Part shown: piece after piece, positions 1 through 7,226 of the stretch
Position numbering within the stretch: position 1 is the first letter of the stretch
How the letters are laid out: each line of letters starts with the position of its first letter
DNA from: Candidatus Electronema halotolerans
GTDB taxonomy: Bacteria > Desulfobacterota > Desulfobulbia > Desulfobulbales > Desulfobulbaceae
NCBI GenBank assembly: GCA_942493095.1
Contig: OW818675.1
Span: 480,001 to 512,000 of the forward strand
Direction: 5' to 3'
Length of the DNA: 32,000 nucleotides
The notes under the pieces: model-generated
Told to the model about the DNA's origin: nothing
Database searches by the model: none
The model's input: the letters and a program-made list of their open reading frames with translations, nothing else
Made by a program: the position numbers and the translations under genes

Positions 1-107
1 GCAGCAGCCCCCAGAGCATATGCTCGACCGTCACATATTCGTGCCGCTTTGCTTTCGCTTCTTTAATGGCCTTGATCAGGGCCAGTTCCAATTTTCGGCT
101 TAACATG
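1..107 (-). CDS. clpA: ATP-dependent Clp protease ATP-binding subunit ClpA, first 35 codons only (gene runs off the left edge)
   Basis: My own translation of the minus strand from the ATG at 107 gives MLSRKLELALIKAIKEAKAKRHEYVTVEHMLWGLL. This matches the conserved ClpA N-domain start. It lies 47 nt downstream of clpS, as in the canonical clpS-clpA operon. It is too short to appear in the ORF track. Confidence 0.7.
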
Positions 108-154
108 ATGGCATTCCATGTGAAGTTTTTAACGTTGAAAGCCGGACGACGCTT

Positions 155-469
155 TCAGGCCCGCTCCAAGGAGCATTTCAGGGGAAACTGGTTCTTCCTG
201 GCCAACTGATGCACTTCCGCAACCTTGGTTTCGCCGATTTCACGAGGATACACTCCGGCCACGCCTCGGCCCTGATGATGGACGTTGAGCATGATCGCGG
301 TTGCCTCGGCAGTGTCCTTGGCGAAAATAACCTCAAGGATCATGACCACAAAGTCCATGGTCGTGTAATCGTCATTATGGAGAAGGACTTTGTACAGGGG
401 CGGCTCTTGGAGCTTTTCCCGGTCTTTGACTGCGGTCTCTTCCCGTGTTCCTGAAAGTGTGGTGCCCAT
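155..469 (-). CDS. clpS: ATP-dependent Clp protease adaptor ClpS
   Basis: A 104-aa ORF with the ClpS core: PPLYKVLLHNDDYTTMDFVVMILEVIF...AIMLNVHHQGRGVAGVY. Its size and its position upstream of clpA both fit. Confidence 0.9.
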   Translation of the reverse strand: MGTTLSGTREETAVKDREKLQEPPLYKVLLHNDDYTTMDFVVMILEVIFAKDTAEATAIMLNVHHQGRGVAGVYPREIGETKVAEVHQLARKNQFPLKCSLERA

Positions 470-557
470 TTTCCGGCGGCCTGCTGCTTCGCTTGCTTGA
501 AGTTCTGCTCCGGCGATCCTGCGCTGCCGGAACGGTGAAAAATTCCTTCCTTCCTGT

Positions 558-587
558 ATTGTATAATGCTCAGTTCTGATTTTGCAA
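558..587 (-). promoter_or_regulatory. Candidate sigma70 promoter for clpS-clpA
   Basis: On the minus strand: TTGCAA (582-587), an 18-nt spacer, then TACAAT (558-563). It overlaps the 3' end of the holA-like gene and lies about 90 nt upstream of the clpS ATG. Motif match only. Confidence 0.35.
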
Positions 588-1940
588 GTTCCTATTGCCT
601 TTCATTTCAAGGAACAGAGCCAGCAGCAGATGCTGGAGCACAGTTTCCGCCGCCACAGGCGAGCCTTTCAGCCGCCGGTCAGCCGCCAGAATCAGGCCCA
701 GCCATGCTCTGAGCTGGGGCAGGGAAAAGGCGGCGGCTGTCTTGAATTTCATATACAAAGCAAAGGGATGGCCGGATAGCTCGCTCTGCCAGCGCGGATT
801 GGCCTTGAGCAGCGGCAGGCACTGTTCCTGAAAAATCTTGGGCGACAGATTAGGCCGATATTGATACTGTTCCTGCTCAAGCAGGCTGCGAAAAAGCAGC
901 AGGCTGCGGGTGAAATTGCGCAGCGTTGCCAGCACCGCCAGCCCGTGAATGCCGTTTTCCTGCAACCGGGCGGCAATAAGCAAGGCTTTTTCCAGATTTT
1001 TACTGCCCACTGCCTCGGTCAGCTCAAACACTGCGTCCTCGCGGGTGCGGCCTGTCATCAGATTGAGGTCATCCAAGGTGATCTGGGGCGCGTCGCCGAC
1101 TGAGAGGGCCAGCTTTTCCGTTTCCGTCACAACAGCGGCAGGATGAAAGCCGACCCGCTCCAGCAGCTCGGCCATGACTTCGCCGGACATGCGCTTGCCC
1201 AAGCTGCGCAAGGTCTGGCTGATTTGCTCGCGCAGCACCCCCTCCTGCGCCTTCCTGGCCTGCGAGGAGGAGCCTTTTTCCACACTCAGATCAAGAACCG
1301 GAAATTTCGCGCTCAAGGCTTTGTAAAGCTTTTTCCGCTTGTCCAAGTCCTCAGCCAGAAGAAGCAGGGTGTTGTTCTTGGGAATGCCCGCCTCCAGCGC
1401 GGCTAAGAGCTGCTCGCCTGCATCGCCGCTGGCGCGGGCGGACGGGCCGCTGTCTGCTGCATCAGCCAGCAGGGTTGCGGTCCAGCTCAGACTGTCTGTA
1501 GGTTTAGCAAAGCCGAAGCATTTTTTCCACTGCTCGCTGCTCAGGCTGGCCGGGTCATCCTGCGCTGTCAGGCCACCCGCCTCCAGCATGGCTCGGAGCT
1601 GACGAGCCGCCTTGTCCGCGTTGCCGTCCGTCCAGGCCTTGACCACTTTTTTCCAAATATTCTCAGCCACATTCTTGGAAAGAAAGAGCCTGCTGCCATT
1701 GACCCGGTAAATCTGGCGGCCACCGAGCAGGCTGAAGCTGCGCAATTTGGCCAAAGTGCTGTTCTGGTCTTCGCTGTCGCCGTCAATGGCGTGAACTGTG
1801 CCCTTGAGCGTTTCGGCAATCTTGTCAGCAGCTTGGCGGCAGAGGGTGTGCTCGCCAAAGAGCAGGACAGCGGACGGAGCAGGTTCCTTGCTGATCTCGG
1901 CAAGCAGCTCGTTCAGTTTGCTGCGGTCGTAAACAGGCAT
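570..1940 (-). CDS. holA: DNA polymerase III delta subunit (HolA)-like protein, unusually long (456 aa)
   Basis: The N-terminus VLLFGEHTLCRQAADKIAETL resembles the HolA start (LLYGEE..L). The C-terminal half (ITLDDLNLMTGRTREDAVFELTEAVGSKNLEKALLIAARLQENGIHGLAVLATLRNFTRSLL ... LILAADRRLKGSP) follows the HolA domain II/III pattern. It starts 8 nt after mtaD ends. Confidence 0.65.
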   Translation of the reverse strand: MPVYDRSKLNELLAEISKEPAPSAVLLFGEHTLCRQAADKIAETLKGTVHAIDGDSEDQNSTLAKLRSFSLLGGRQIYRVNGSRLFLSKNVAENIWKKVVKAWTDGNADKAARQLRAMLEAGGLTAQDDPASLSSEQWKKCFGFAKPTDSLSWTATLLADAADSGPSARASGDAGEQLLAALEAGIPKNNTLLLLAEDLDKRKKLYKALSAKFPVLDLSVEKGSSSQARKAQEGVLREQISQTLRSLGKRMSGEVMAELLERVGFHPAAVVTETEKLALSVGDAPQITLDDLNLMTGRTREDAVFELTEAVGSKNLEKALLIAARLQENGIHGLAVLATLRNFTRSLLLFRSLLEQEQYQYRPNLSPKIFQEQCLPLLKANPRWQSELSGHPFALYMKFKTAAAFSLPQLRAWLGLILAADRRLKGSPVAAETVLQHLLLALFLEMKGNRNLQNQN

Positions 1941-1948
1941 GATCAGCT

Positions 1949-3265
1949 TCAGCCCATCTGCCGCACGATCTCGCCGATGCGGCGCATCTCGGCCAGAATC
2001 GCGGCTTCATCAAGCGTGGTCAGCCGCCGGTCGCGCAGCACTGTTTGGCCATTGATCACAGAATGGAGCACATCGCTGCCCTTGGCCGCATAGACCAGGT
2101 GCGAAACCGGATGGTAGCAAGGAGTCAGGTGGGGCTGGTTCATATCCAGCATGATGATGTCCGCCTTCTTGCCGACCTCGATGCTGCCGATCTCCGCCTC
2201 AGCATTGAGCAGAGCTGCCCCGCCCATTGTCGCGGCCCGCAGCACAGCTTCAGCCTGCATGGCGGTCGGATCCAAATCGCGCAGCTTGTGCAACTTGGCA
2301 GCCGTGCTCATCTCGCTGAACATGTCAACATCATTGTTGGAGGCACTGCCGTCCGTGCCAATGCCGACAGTCAGGCCCTGCTTGAGCATTGCCTGCACCG
2401 GGGCCATGCCGGAGGCCAATTTCATATTGGATTTCGGGCAATGGGCGACTTTGACCTTGCGCTCGGCCAGCAGAGCGATTTCCTCGTCGCTGATCTGGAC
2501 ACAGTGGGCTGCAACCACCCGTTCGTTGAGCAGGCCGAGCTGCTCCAGATGCCGCACCGGGGTGCTGCCGTACTGCTCCACACAGCCGCTGACTTCGCTT
2601 TTGGTTTCAGATAGATGGATATGCAGGAGGGCCTTTTTTTCTTTTGCCAAGGCAGCGGCCCGCTGAAGCAGCGGCGGCGAGCAAGTATAGACCGCATGAG
2701 GCGTGACTGTGATCGTAATCAATTCGCTGTCTTTGTGCAGGTCAAACAGCTCCTCAACATAGGCGAAACCATTCTCCAGCTCGCCGTAGCAGGGCGAAGG
2801 AAAATCAAAAAAGCCTTCGCCGATCCACGCCCGCATCCCCGCATCTGCCGCCGCCCGCGCCGCTTCTTGAGTGAAGAGATACATGTCATTGAACGCGGTG
2901 GTCCCGGACCTGATCATCTCGCAAATCGAGAGCAAGGTTGCCTGATAGACAATTTCCTTGGTCAGCTTGGCCTCGCGGGGAAAGATGTGCTGCATCAGCC
3001 AGTCCATCAGCGGCAGGTCGTCGGCCAAGCCCCGGAAGCAGGACATGGCCGCATGGCTGTGGCTGTTGATCAGGCCGGGCATGATCAGCCCCTGCGGACT
3101 GGCGAGCAGTTCGGCCTGCGGATATTCAGCCGCCAAGTTTGGGCCGATTTCCACAATGCGGTCATCGGCCACAGCCACGGAAATGCCTTCCTCTTCAATT
3201 GGTTCCCTGCCGTCCATGCTCACCAGCCAGCGGCCTGAGAGCACCAGATTCACCTCTTGGCTCAT
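1949..3265 (-). CDS. mtaD: Amidohydrolase, 5-methylthioadenosine/S-adenosylhomocysteine deaminase type (MtaD)
   Basis: 438 aa. It carries the metal-binding HxH motif in PGLINSHSHAAMSCFRGLADDLPLMDWL, then HLSET and GTDGSASNN motifs typical of the MtaD / guanine-deaminase-like amidohydrolases. A GAGGAG RBS precedes the ATG at 3265. Confidence 0.85.
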   Translation of the reverse strand: MSQEVNLVLSGRWLVSMDGREPIEEEGISVAVADDRIVEIGPNLAAEYPQAELLASPQGLIMPGLINSHSHAAMSCFRGLADDLPLMDWLMQHIFPREAKLTKEIVYQATLLSICEMIRSGTTAFNDMYLFTQEAARAAADAGMRAWIGEGFFDFPSPCYGELENGFAYVEELFDLHKDSELITITVTPHAVYTCSPPLLQRAAALAKEKKALLHIHLSETKSEVSGCVEQYGSTPVRHLEQLGLLNERVVAAHCVQISDEEIALLAERKVKVAHCPKSNMKLASGMAPVQAMLKQGLTVGIGTDGSASNNDVDMFSEMSTAAKLHKLRDLDPTAMQAEAVLRAATMGGAALLNAEAEIGSIEVGKKADIIMLDMNQPHLTPCYHPVSHLVYAAKGSDVLHSVINGQTVLRDRRLTTLDEAAILAEMRRIGEIVRQMG

Positions 3266-3370
3266 GAAACGCTCCTCTGATTTTGCAAGGGAGAGTTGCC
3301 CATTGCTTTTTCAATTTTCACATAGCTGCGCACCTTACAACAGCAGCATGGAAAATGACACCTGAATTCG

Positions 3371-3399
3371 TATAATAAGTGCATATCTCTCTGTATCAA
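3371..3399 (-). promoter_or_regulatory. Candidate sigma70 promoter for the mtaD-holA unit
   Basis: On the minus strand: TTGATA (3394-3399), a 16-nt spacer, then TATTAT (about 3372-3377). It lies about 100 nt upstream of the mtaD ATG. Motif match only. Confidence 0.35.
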
Positions 3400-3540
3400 T
3401 GGTTCGGTAATTTTTTTCAGCGCGTGAGGCGCAACGATGTTCAAAATCGACCATGTTGAACAAAAGACTTGAATATTTATACACCGGTCAGAAGAGGCCG
3501 GGGTGCAGGTGCAGTGGGTCTTCAGGTGGCCCGGAAAACC

Positions 3541-4314
3541 TCAACGACTCTCCGGCAGGGGCAGGTGACGGGCATCCAGCAGAGCCGCCACCCGCTGCTG
3601 GAGCAGAGCGGCCAGCTCCTGCTTGTCTTTGGCCTTGAAATTGCTGACGGACATTGGCGCGCCAATGCGCAGCACCACTTCACCGCCCCGCGAGAGCAGC
3701 CTGCTCTTGGGCAGGACTTGATGGGTGCCGTTGAAACCGACTGGCACCACCTCCACCCCGGCCTTGAGGGCCAGCATGACTGCTCCGGTTTTGAATGGCT
3801 GGAGATGGCCGTCAGGACTGCGGGTGCCTTCAGGAAAAAGGATCACTGAGCTGCCCTTGGCAATCCGCTCCGCCGCCTCAAGCAGACTTTTCATGGCCTC
3901 CCGCCCATGCGAGCGGTTGATAGGGATAAAATCCACAGCTTTCATGCCTGCGCCAAAAATCGGGATGGCGAACAGCTCCTTCTTGGCGATCCAGCGGAAA
4001 TCATGACCAATATAACCTTGAAAGGCCATGATGTCTGCCATGCTGCAATGATTGCCGACAAAAATATAGGGTTTGGCTGGATCAAGCAGGCCGCCGCCTT
4101 CCACCCGCACCCGGATGTTGGCGATCCGGCAGAGGAGCCGTCCCCAGAAGCGGGGGAACTGCTGCGCCTTGGCCTTGGAGTGGCGGAACCAGCGCACATC
4201 AGCAATCGCGCCAAGACAGACGGCAGCGGTCAGGGGCGGAATGGTGAGCAGGGCCATCAGGCCACGCAAAAACTGAATCGGAGAGGTGAAAGCGAACATG
4301 TTTTTTTTCTGCAA
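3541..4314 (-). CDS. plsC: 1-acyl-sn-glycerol-3-phosphate acyltransferase (PlsC family)
   Basis: 257 aa with an N-terminal TM segment, the acyltransferase HX4D motif (VGNHCSMAD) and the FPEGTRS motif. Confidence 0.85.
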   Translation of the reverse strand: MQKKNMFAFTSPIQFLRGLMALLTIPPLTAAVCLGAIADVRWFRHSKAKAQQFPRFWGRLLCRIANIRVRVEGGGLLDPAKPYIFVGNHCSMADIMAFQGYIGHDFRWIAKKELFAIPIFGAGMKAVDFIPINRSHGREAMKSLLEAAERIAKGSSVILFPEGTRSPDGHLQPFKTGAVMLALKAGVEVVPVGFNGTHQVLPKSRLLSRGGEVVLRIGAPMSVSNFKAKDKQELAALLQQRVAALLDARHLPLPESR

Positions 4315-5523
4315 TCAGGAAAAATAGGAAAAATCACCTTCCTCCGCGTTCCAGTCCAGCGGCTCGGCGGCAGCGGCTGATTTGAGGAGCACCGGCCACG
4401 GGGCGGTCGAATCCTCATGGATGCTTTGGAGCAGCTCATCAGGACGGCAGAGGAATTCCTGCTCCAGATCGTTGCCAATGAATTCGTCCCGGAAGCGGGT
4501 GATCAGGTTGAGATGCGCCCAGCGGGTCATGTAATAAATGATCAGCCGGGGCAGCCGAGTGTAGATGTTCTCCTTCGGGGCCGGATCAACAAAGCTGGAT
4601 TCCTGCAGTTTTTTTGTTGACAGCACCTGCGGCAGATAGGCATCTTTGAGAAACATGTATTCCGGCGGCAGGCGGGCGTTGATGCCGAACCAGCCCAGCA
4701 TGGCCGCCACTCGTTCCAAGAAAAATTTTCCGGCCATGACCAAAGGATAGGGCACATACACTTCTCGTGGACTCCTCACTTCCAGATAGGAGCGGATGGT
4801 CAGGATCAGATCGTCAAGCGGGACCGGGGACTTGTCGGCAAAGTGATATATCTGGCCGGAGAATTCCTGCCGATGCAGCAGAATATGATGGATGAAATAA
4901 GGAATTTTCGCCGCATTGGTGTAAGAGTGCTTCACACTCCGCCTTGTGAAGAGGAACGGGATGGCCTCGTCGGCAATAGCAAAGAGCAGGCGGTGAAAGC
5001 CTTGAATTTTATGGTCATGCTCGCCATAGACTATTGAGACCCGGACTATAGTGCAGTCCAAGCCGTGCTCTTTGATGATATGCTCCAAGGTTTTTTCCGC
5101 CATCAGCTTGGATTTGGCGTAATTGCTCAGGTCGGCGGTCAGCGGCAGCTGATCCTCCTCGGCAAGGTTCTCGCCCGGCGGCAGCACAGCGGAGGAGCTG
5201 ATATGGATGAAGGGAATGCCGAGAGCGCAGCAGGCTCTGGCCAGATTGACCGCGCCGAGATAGTTGACTTCAAAGGCTAACTGCGCGTCTGAATCCAGCG
5301 AAGCCATGGCCGCGTTGATGACAAAGTCCGGTCTGACCCGCTGAAGATAGACAATGATGTCCTGGGCGTTGCGGATGGAGAGCTTCTTGGAGCTGGGGGC
5401 GCGGATTTCAAAGTCATCCGGGGTCTTGGTCTTGAAATAATGAGCCAAGGTGCCGCCGACCAAGCCGGAGCCGCCGATCAGCACACCGAGACAGCGTTTT
5501 TTTTCTGCGAGCAGATGAATCAT
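4315..5523 (-). CDS. NAD(P)-dependent epimerase/dehydratase (extended SDR) family protein with a C-terminal extension
   Basis: 402 aa. It has the Rossmann motif VLIGGSGLVGGTL at the N-terminus and the catalytic YxxxK motif (NYAKSKLMAEK). Its stop codon abuts the plsC start (4315/4314). Confidence 0.75.
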   Translation of the reverse strand: MIHLLAEKKRCLGVLIGGSGLVGGTLAHYFKTKTPDDFEIRAPSSKKLSIRNAQDIIVYLQRVRPDFVINAAMASLDSDAQLAFEVNYLGAVNLARACCALGIPFIHISSSAVLPPGENLAEEDQLPLTADLSNYAKSKLMAEKTLEHIIKEHGLDCTIVRVSIVYGEHDHKIQGFHRLLFAIADEAIPFLFTRRSVKHSYTNAAKIPYFIHHILLHRQEFSGQIYHFADKSPVPLDDLILTIRSYLEVRSPREVYVPYPLVMAGKFFLERVAAMLGWFGINARLPPEYMFLKDAYLPQVLSTKKLQESSFVDPAPKENIYTRLPRLIIYYMTRWAHLNLITRFRDEFIGNDLEQEFLCRPDELLQSIHEDSTAPWPVLLKSAAAAEPLDWNAEEGDFSYFS

Positions 5524-5807
5524 TGTGTCCTCGGGAAAGAGCCGTCATCCTCTTTTCTTTAGCATGTTTGCCCGCAAAAAGCATCATTTTTTCGGGAGGA
5601 GCAGAGGCGGGAAGGATGCAAGGTTGACGGCGGCACTGCGGAAGGCGGAAAGGCTGATCCCGGAAGCAGCCACCCCGGCAGATGCGGAAGAGCGGGCCGC
5701 CTTTTCCCATTCCGCCTCAGTGGGGAGCCGACGGCCTCACCGCTTTGGGCCGCAGCCTCCTATGTTGGAGAAGACCGCCTCGCCTGCAATCTCTGCTGTG
5801 CCGATCT

Positions 5808-6164
5808 TCACGCCAGTGCCGCCTTGAGCATGCCAATATCCATGCCAATCCCTGCGGCAGCTTCCGGGCTGTGCTGCTCGACAGCGGCCAGCAGCTTCTC
5901 CGCCCCCTGCGCCAGCTCCTGATCCTTATCCGCTCCGGCATCTTTGAGGGCTGCCTCCAGCATCTGCCGCCGGGGTGCGGCTTCCGGCTTTTTAGCAACA
6001 TAGTCAACCGCAGCCGTCACATCCTCGTTCTTTCCGTAACGGTCGTGAATAAGCTTTTTCAGCGCGTTGTATGAATCTTTGACTGCTGCTGCGGCAACAT
6101 CCTTCAGGCTTTCCGCCGCGCCCAGCGCGACCGCCGCTGCGATGGTGGTGATGACAGGTTCCAT
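5808..6164 (-). CDS. Hypothetical Ala-rich helical protein (118 aa), no family recognised
   Basis: The open frame has a protein-like, helix-prone composition and codon usage like its neighbours. There is no Shine-Dalgarno sequence before the ATG (gcaagcaaaaaaacgtcATG), and about 285 nt of non-coding sequence lies on each side. Confidence 0.45.
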   Translation of the reverse strand: MEPVITTIAAAVALGAAESLKDVAAAAVKDSYNALKKLIHDRYGKNEDVTAAVDYVAKKPEAAPRRQMLEAALKDAGADKDQELAQGAEKLLAAVEQHSPEAAAGIGMDIGMLKAALA

Positions 6165-6201
6165 GACGTTTTTTTGCTTGCGGATTCAAGTTCCAAGGTT
6201 G

Positions 6202-6223
6202 GATTCAATAAGCGCATTGAATC
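6202..6223. promoter_or_regulatory. Perfect 8-bp inverted repeat GATTCAAT-N6-ATTGAATC (operator-like), part of a GGATTCA motif cluster
   Basis: Read directly from the sequence. It lies 38-60 nt upstream of the 118-aa ORF start. Further GGATTCA copies occur at 6182-6188, 6201-6207 and 6282-6288. Confidence 0.4.
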
Positions 6224-6390
6224 GGTATTCAGCATGATTAAACAGCGATTTCCAGCACATATCCATGCTGTCATCCAGCGTGGATTCATTTCAGGCAGCA
6301 ACCAAGGGTTTCAAAGAAGAACGATACGTTGTCGAAGTCGAAGGGCGCTTTTTAACCTGCCTCAGCCTCGGGCAAAACTCTCCGCAGCCT

Positions 6391-6427
6391 GAAAACAAAA
6401 GAGCCGGGCAACCATTGCCCGGCTCTT
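6391..6427 (-). terminator. Rho-independent terminator after the KaiC-like ATPase gene
   Basis: An 11-bp GC-rich stem (6399-6409 pairs with 6417-6427) with a 7-nt loop. On the minus strand it is followed by TTTTGTTTTC. It lies 25 nt downstream of the stop at 6453. Confidence 0.7.
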
Positions 6428-6452
6428 GTTGCAACAACTGCACTGATCAGCC

Positions 6453-7145
6453 TCAGTCTTCCTGCCGCACCATCATGGTGGCCGGATCAAGGCCGAGATG
6501 ACTGCCGCCTTCGTCTTTCTGGCCATCCTTGCGGAGGATTTCCAGCAGAATATGATCCTGCTCCGGCTTGAGCAAGATCACGGTCTCAAAGAGGCCATCC
6601 AGCTCATGGCAGGGCGCGGGCACCCCGGACGGCGAAACCCGCTCGTCCTCGCGGTGGCTGGTGGCTGAAAACCATGTCTGGAGGCGCAGGCTCTCCATCA
6701 GCTCCCTGACCTCCTCCAAGTTGCCATGATCCGTGGCCGTGAAGTCAAAGCCGTCGATCACCACGCAGTCGGGCTTGAAGATGTTCTGCTCAATCAGGTC
6801 GCCAAGCCGCTCCTCCAGCCGGGCGCGGTCAAAAGTCCCAGCCTTGAAGGTCATGATCATCCGGTGCTGCCGGACCATGTCAATCAGCTCATGCGGTTTG
6901 GTCACTGAGCATTCCTGAAGAATGACCTGAAGCATGTCGTCATACCAGAGCTTGGTCTTGTCCAAGGTCTCGCCAATGCTGATATGGACAACCCGGTTGC
7001 CCCGCAGAATGGAATCCAGCGCGATCTGGACCAGCAAAGCGGTCTTGCCCACGCCGGTGCGGGCCATGATCAGCCCCATTTTCCTGCTTCCGGTCAGCTT
7101 CAGCACCCGCAGCGGATTCTGTTTGACCAGCGATTCATATCCCAT
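6453..7145 (-). CDS. Single-domain KaiC/RecA-superfamily ATPase (COG0467-like)
   Basis: 230 aa. It has a Walker A motif (ARTGVGKT) and a Walker B-like motif (PDCVVIDGFD). The overall layout is that of stand-alone KaiC/RadA-like domains. A GAGGTG RBS is present. The 81-nt gap to the fusA stop contains no convincing terminator. Confidence 0.7.
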   Translation of the reverse strand: MGYESLVKQNPLRVLKLTGSRKMGLIMARTGVGKTALLVQIALDSILRGNRVVHISIGETLDKTKLWYDDMLQVILQECSVTKPHELIDMVRQHRMIMTFKAGTFDRARLEERLGDLIEQNIFKPDCVVIDGFDFTATDHGNLEEVRELMESLRLQTWFSATSHREDERVSPSGVPAPCHELDGLFETVILLKPEQDHILLEILRKDGQKDEGGSHLGLDPATMMVRQED

Positions 7146-7226
7146 GATGCCACCTCATATAGATTTCGTCGTCTCTTGTGCTGGACGGCCCAGCTCTGCC
7201 GCACCGCCTCATTTCCGCGAATGCTC

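Noticed and set aside
5524-5807. A possible riboswitch or leader RNA in the 284-nt GC-rich spacer upstream of the SDR-plsC operon.
   Set aside because: I could find only short, imperfect stems (for example GCGGAA/TTCCGC and CCGG repeats) and no motif I recognise from known riboswitch classes. An Infernal/Rfam scan would be needed. It is not callable by eye.
6174-6392. The plus-strand 72-aa ORF contains GFNKRIESVFSMIKQRF. This resembles the C-terminal Y..R...VE..FS.IKR.FG motif of IS4/IS5-type DDE transposases and hints at an IS relic in the spacer.
   Set aside because: Only about 17 residues resemble the motif, and the spacing between the R and the E is 1-2 residues short. The frame upstream (FRRAQRDRRCDGGDD...) and downstream shows nothing transposase-like. 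It starts at TTG. I see no terminal inverted repeats or target duplications. The resemblance may simply come from the GATTCAAT/ATTGAATC palindrome. It is worth a tblastn, but I do not call it as a feature.
5808-7145. The idea that the KaiC-like ATPase plus the small ORF (or the PP2C protein at 29097-30776) form an anti-phage defence or conflict island.
   Set aside because: There are no nucleases, no effector-like domains, no integrase, tRNA or IS boundaries, and no clear compositional break around these genes. The ATPase is separated from the small ORF by a terminator. The neighbours are core housekeeping genes. The observation is kept as a low-to-moderate-interest finding, not as a system.
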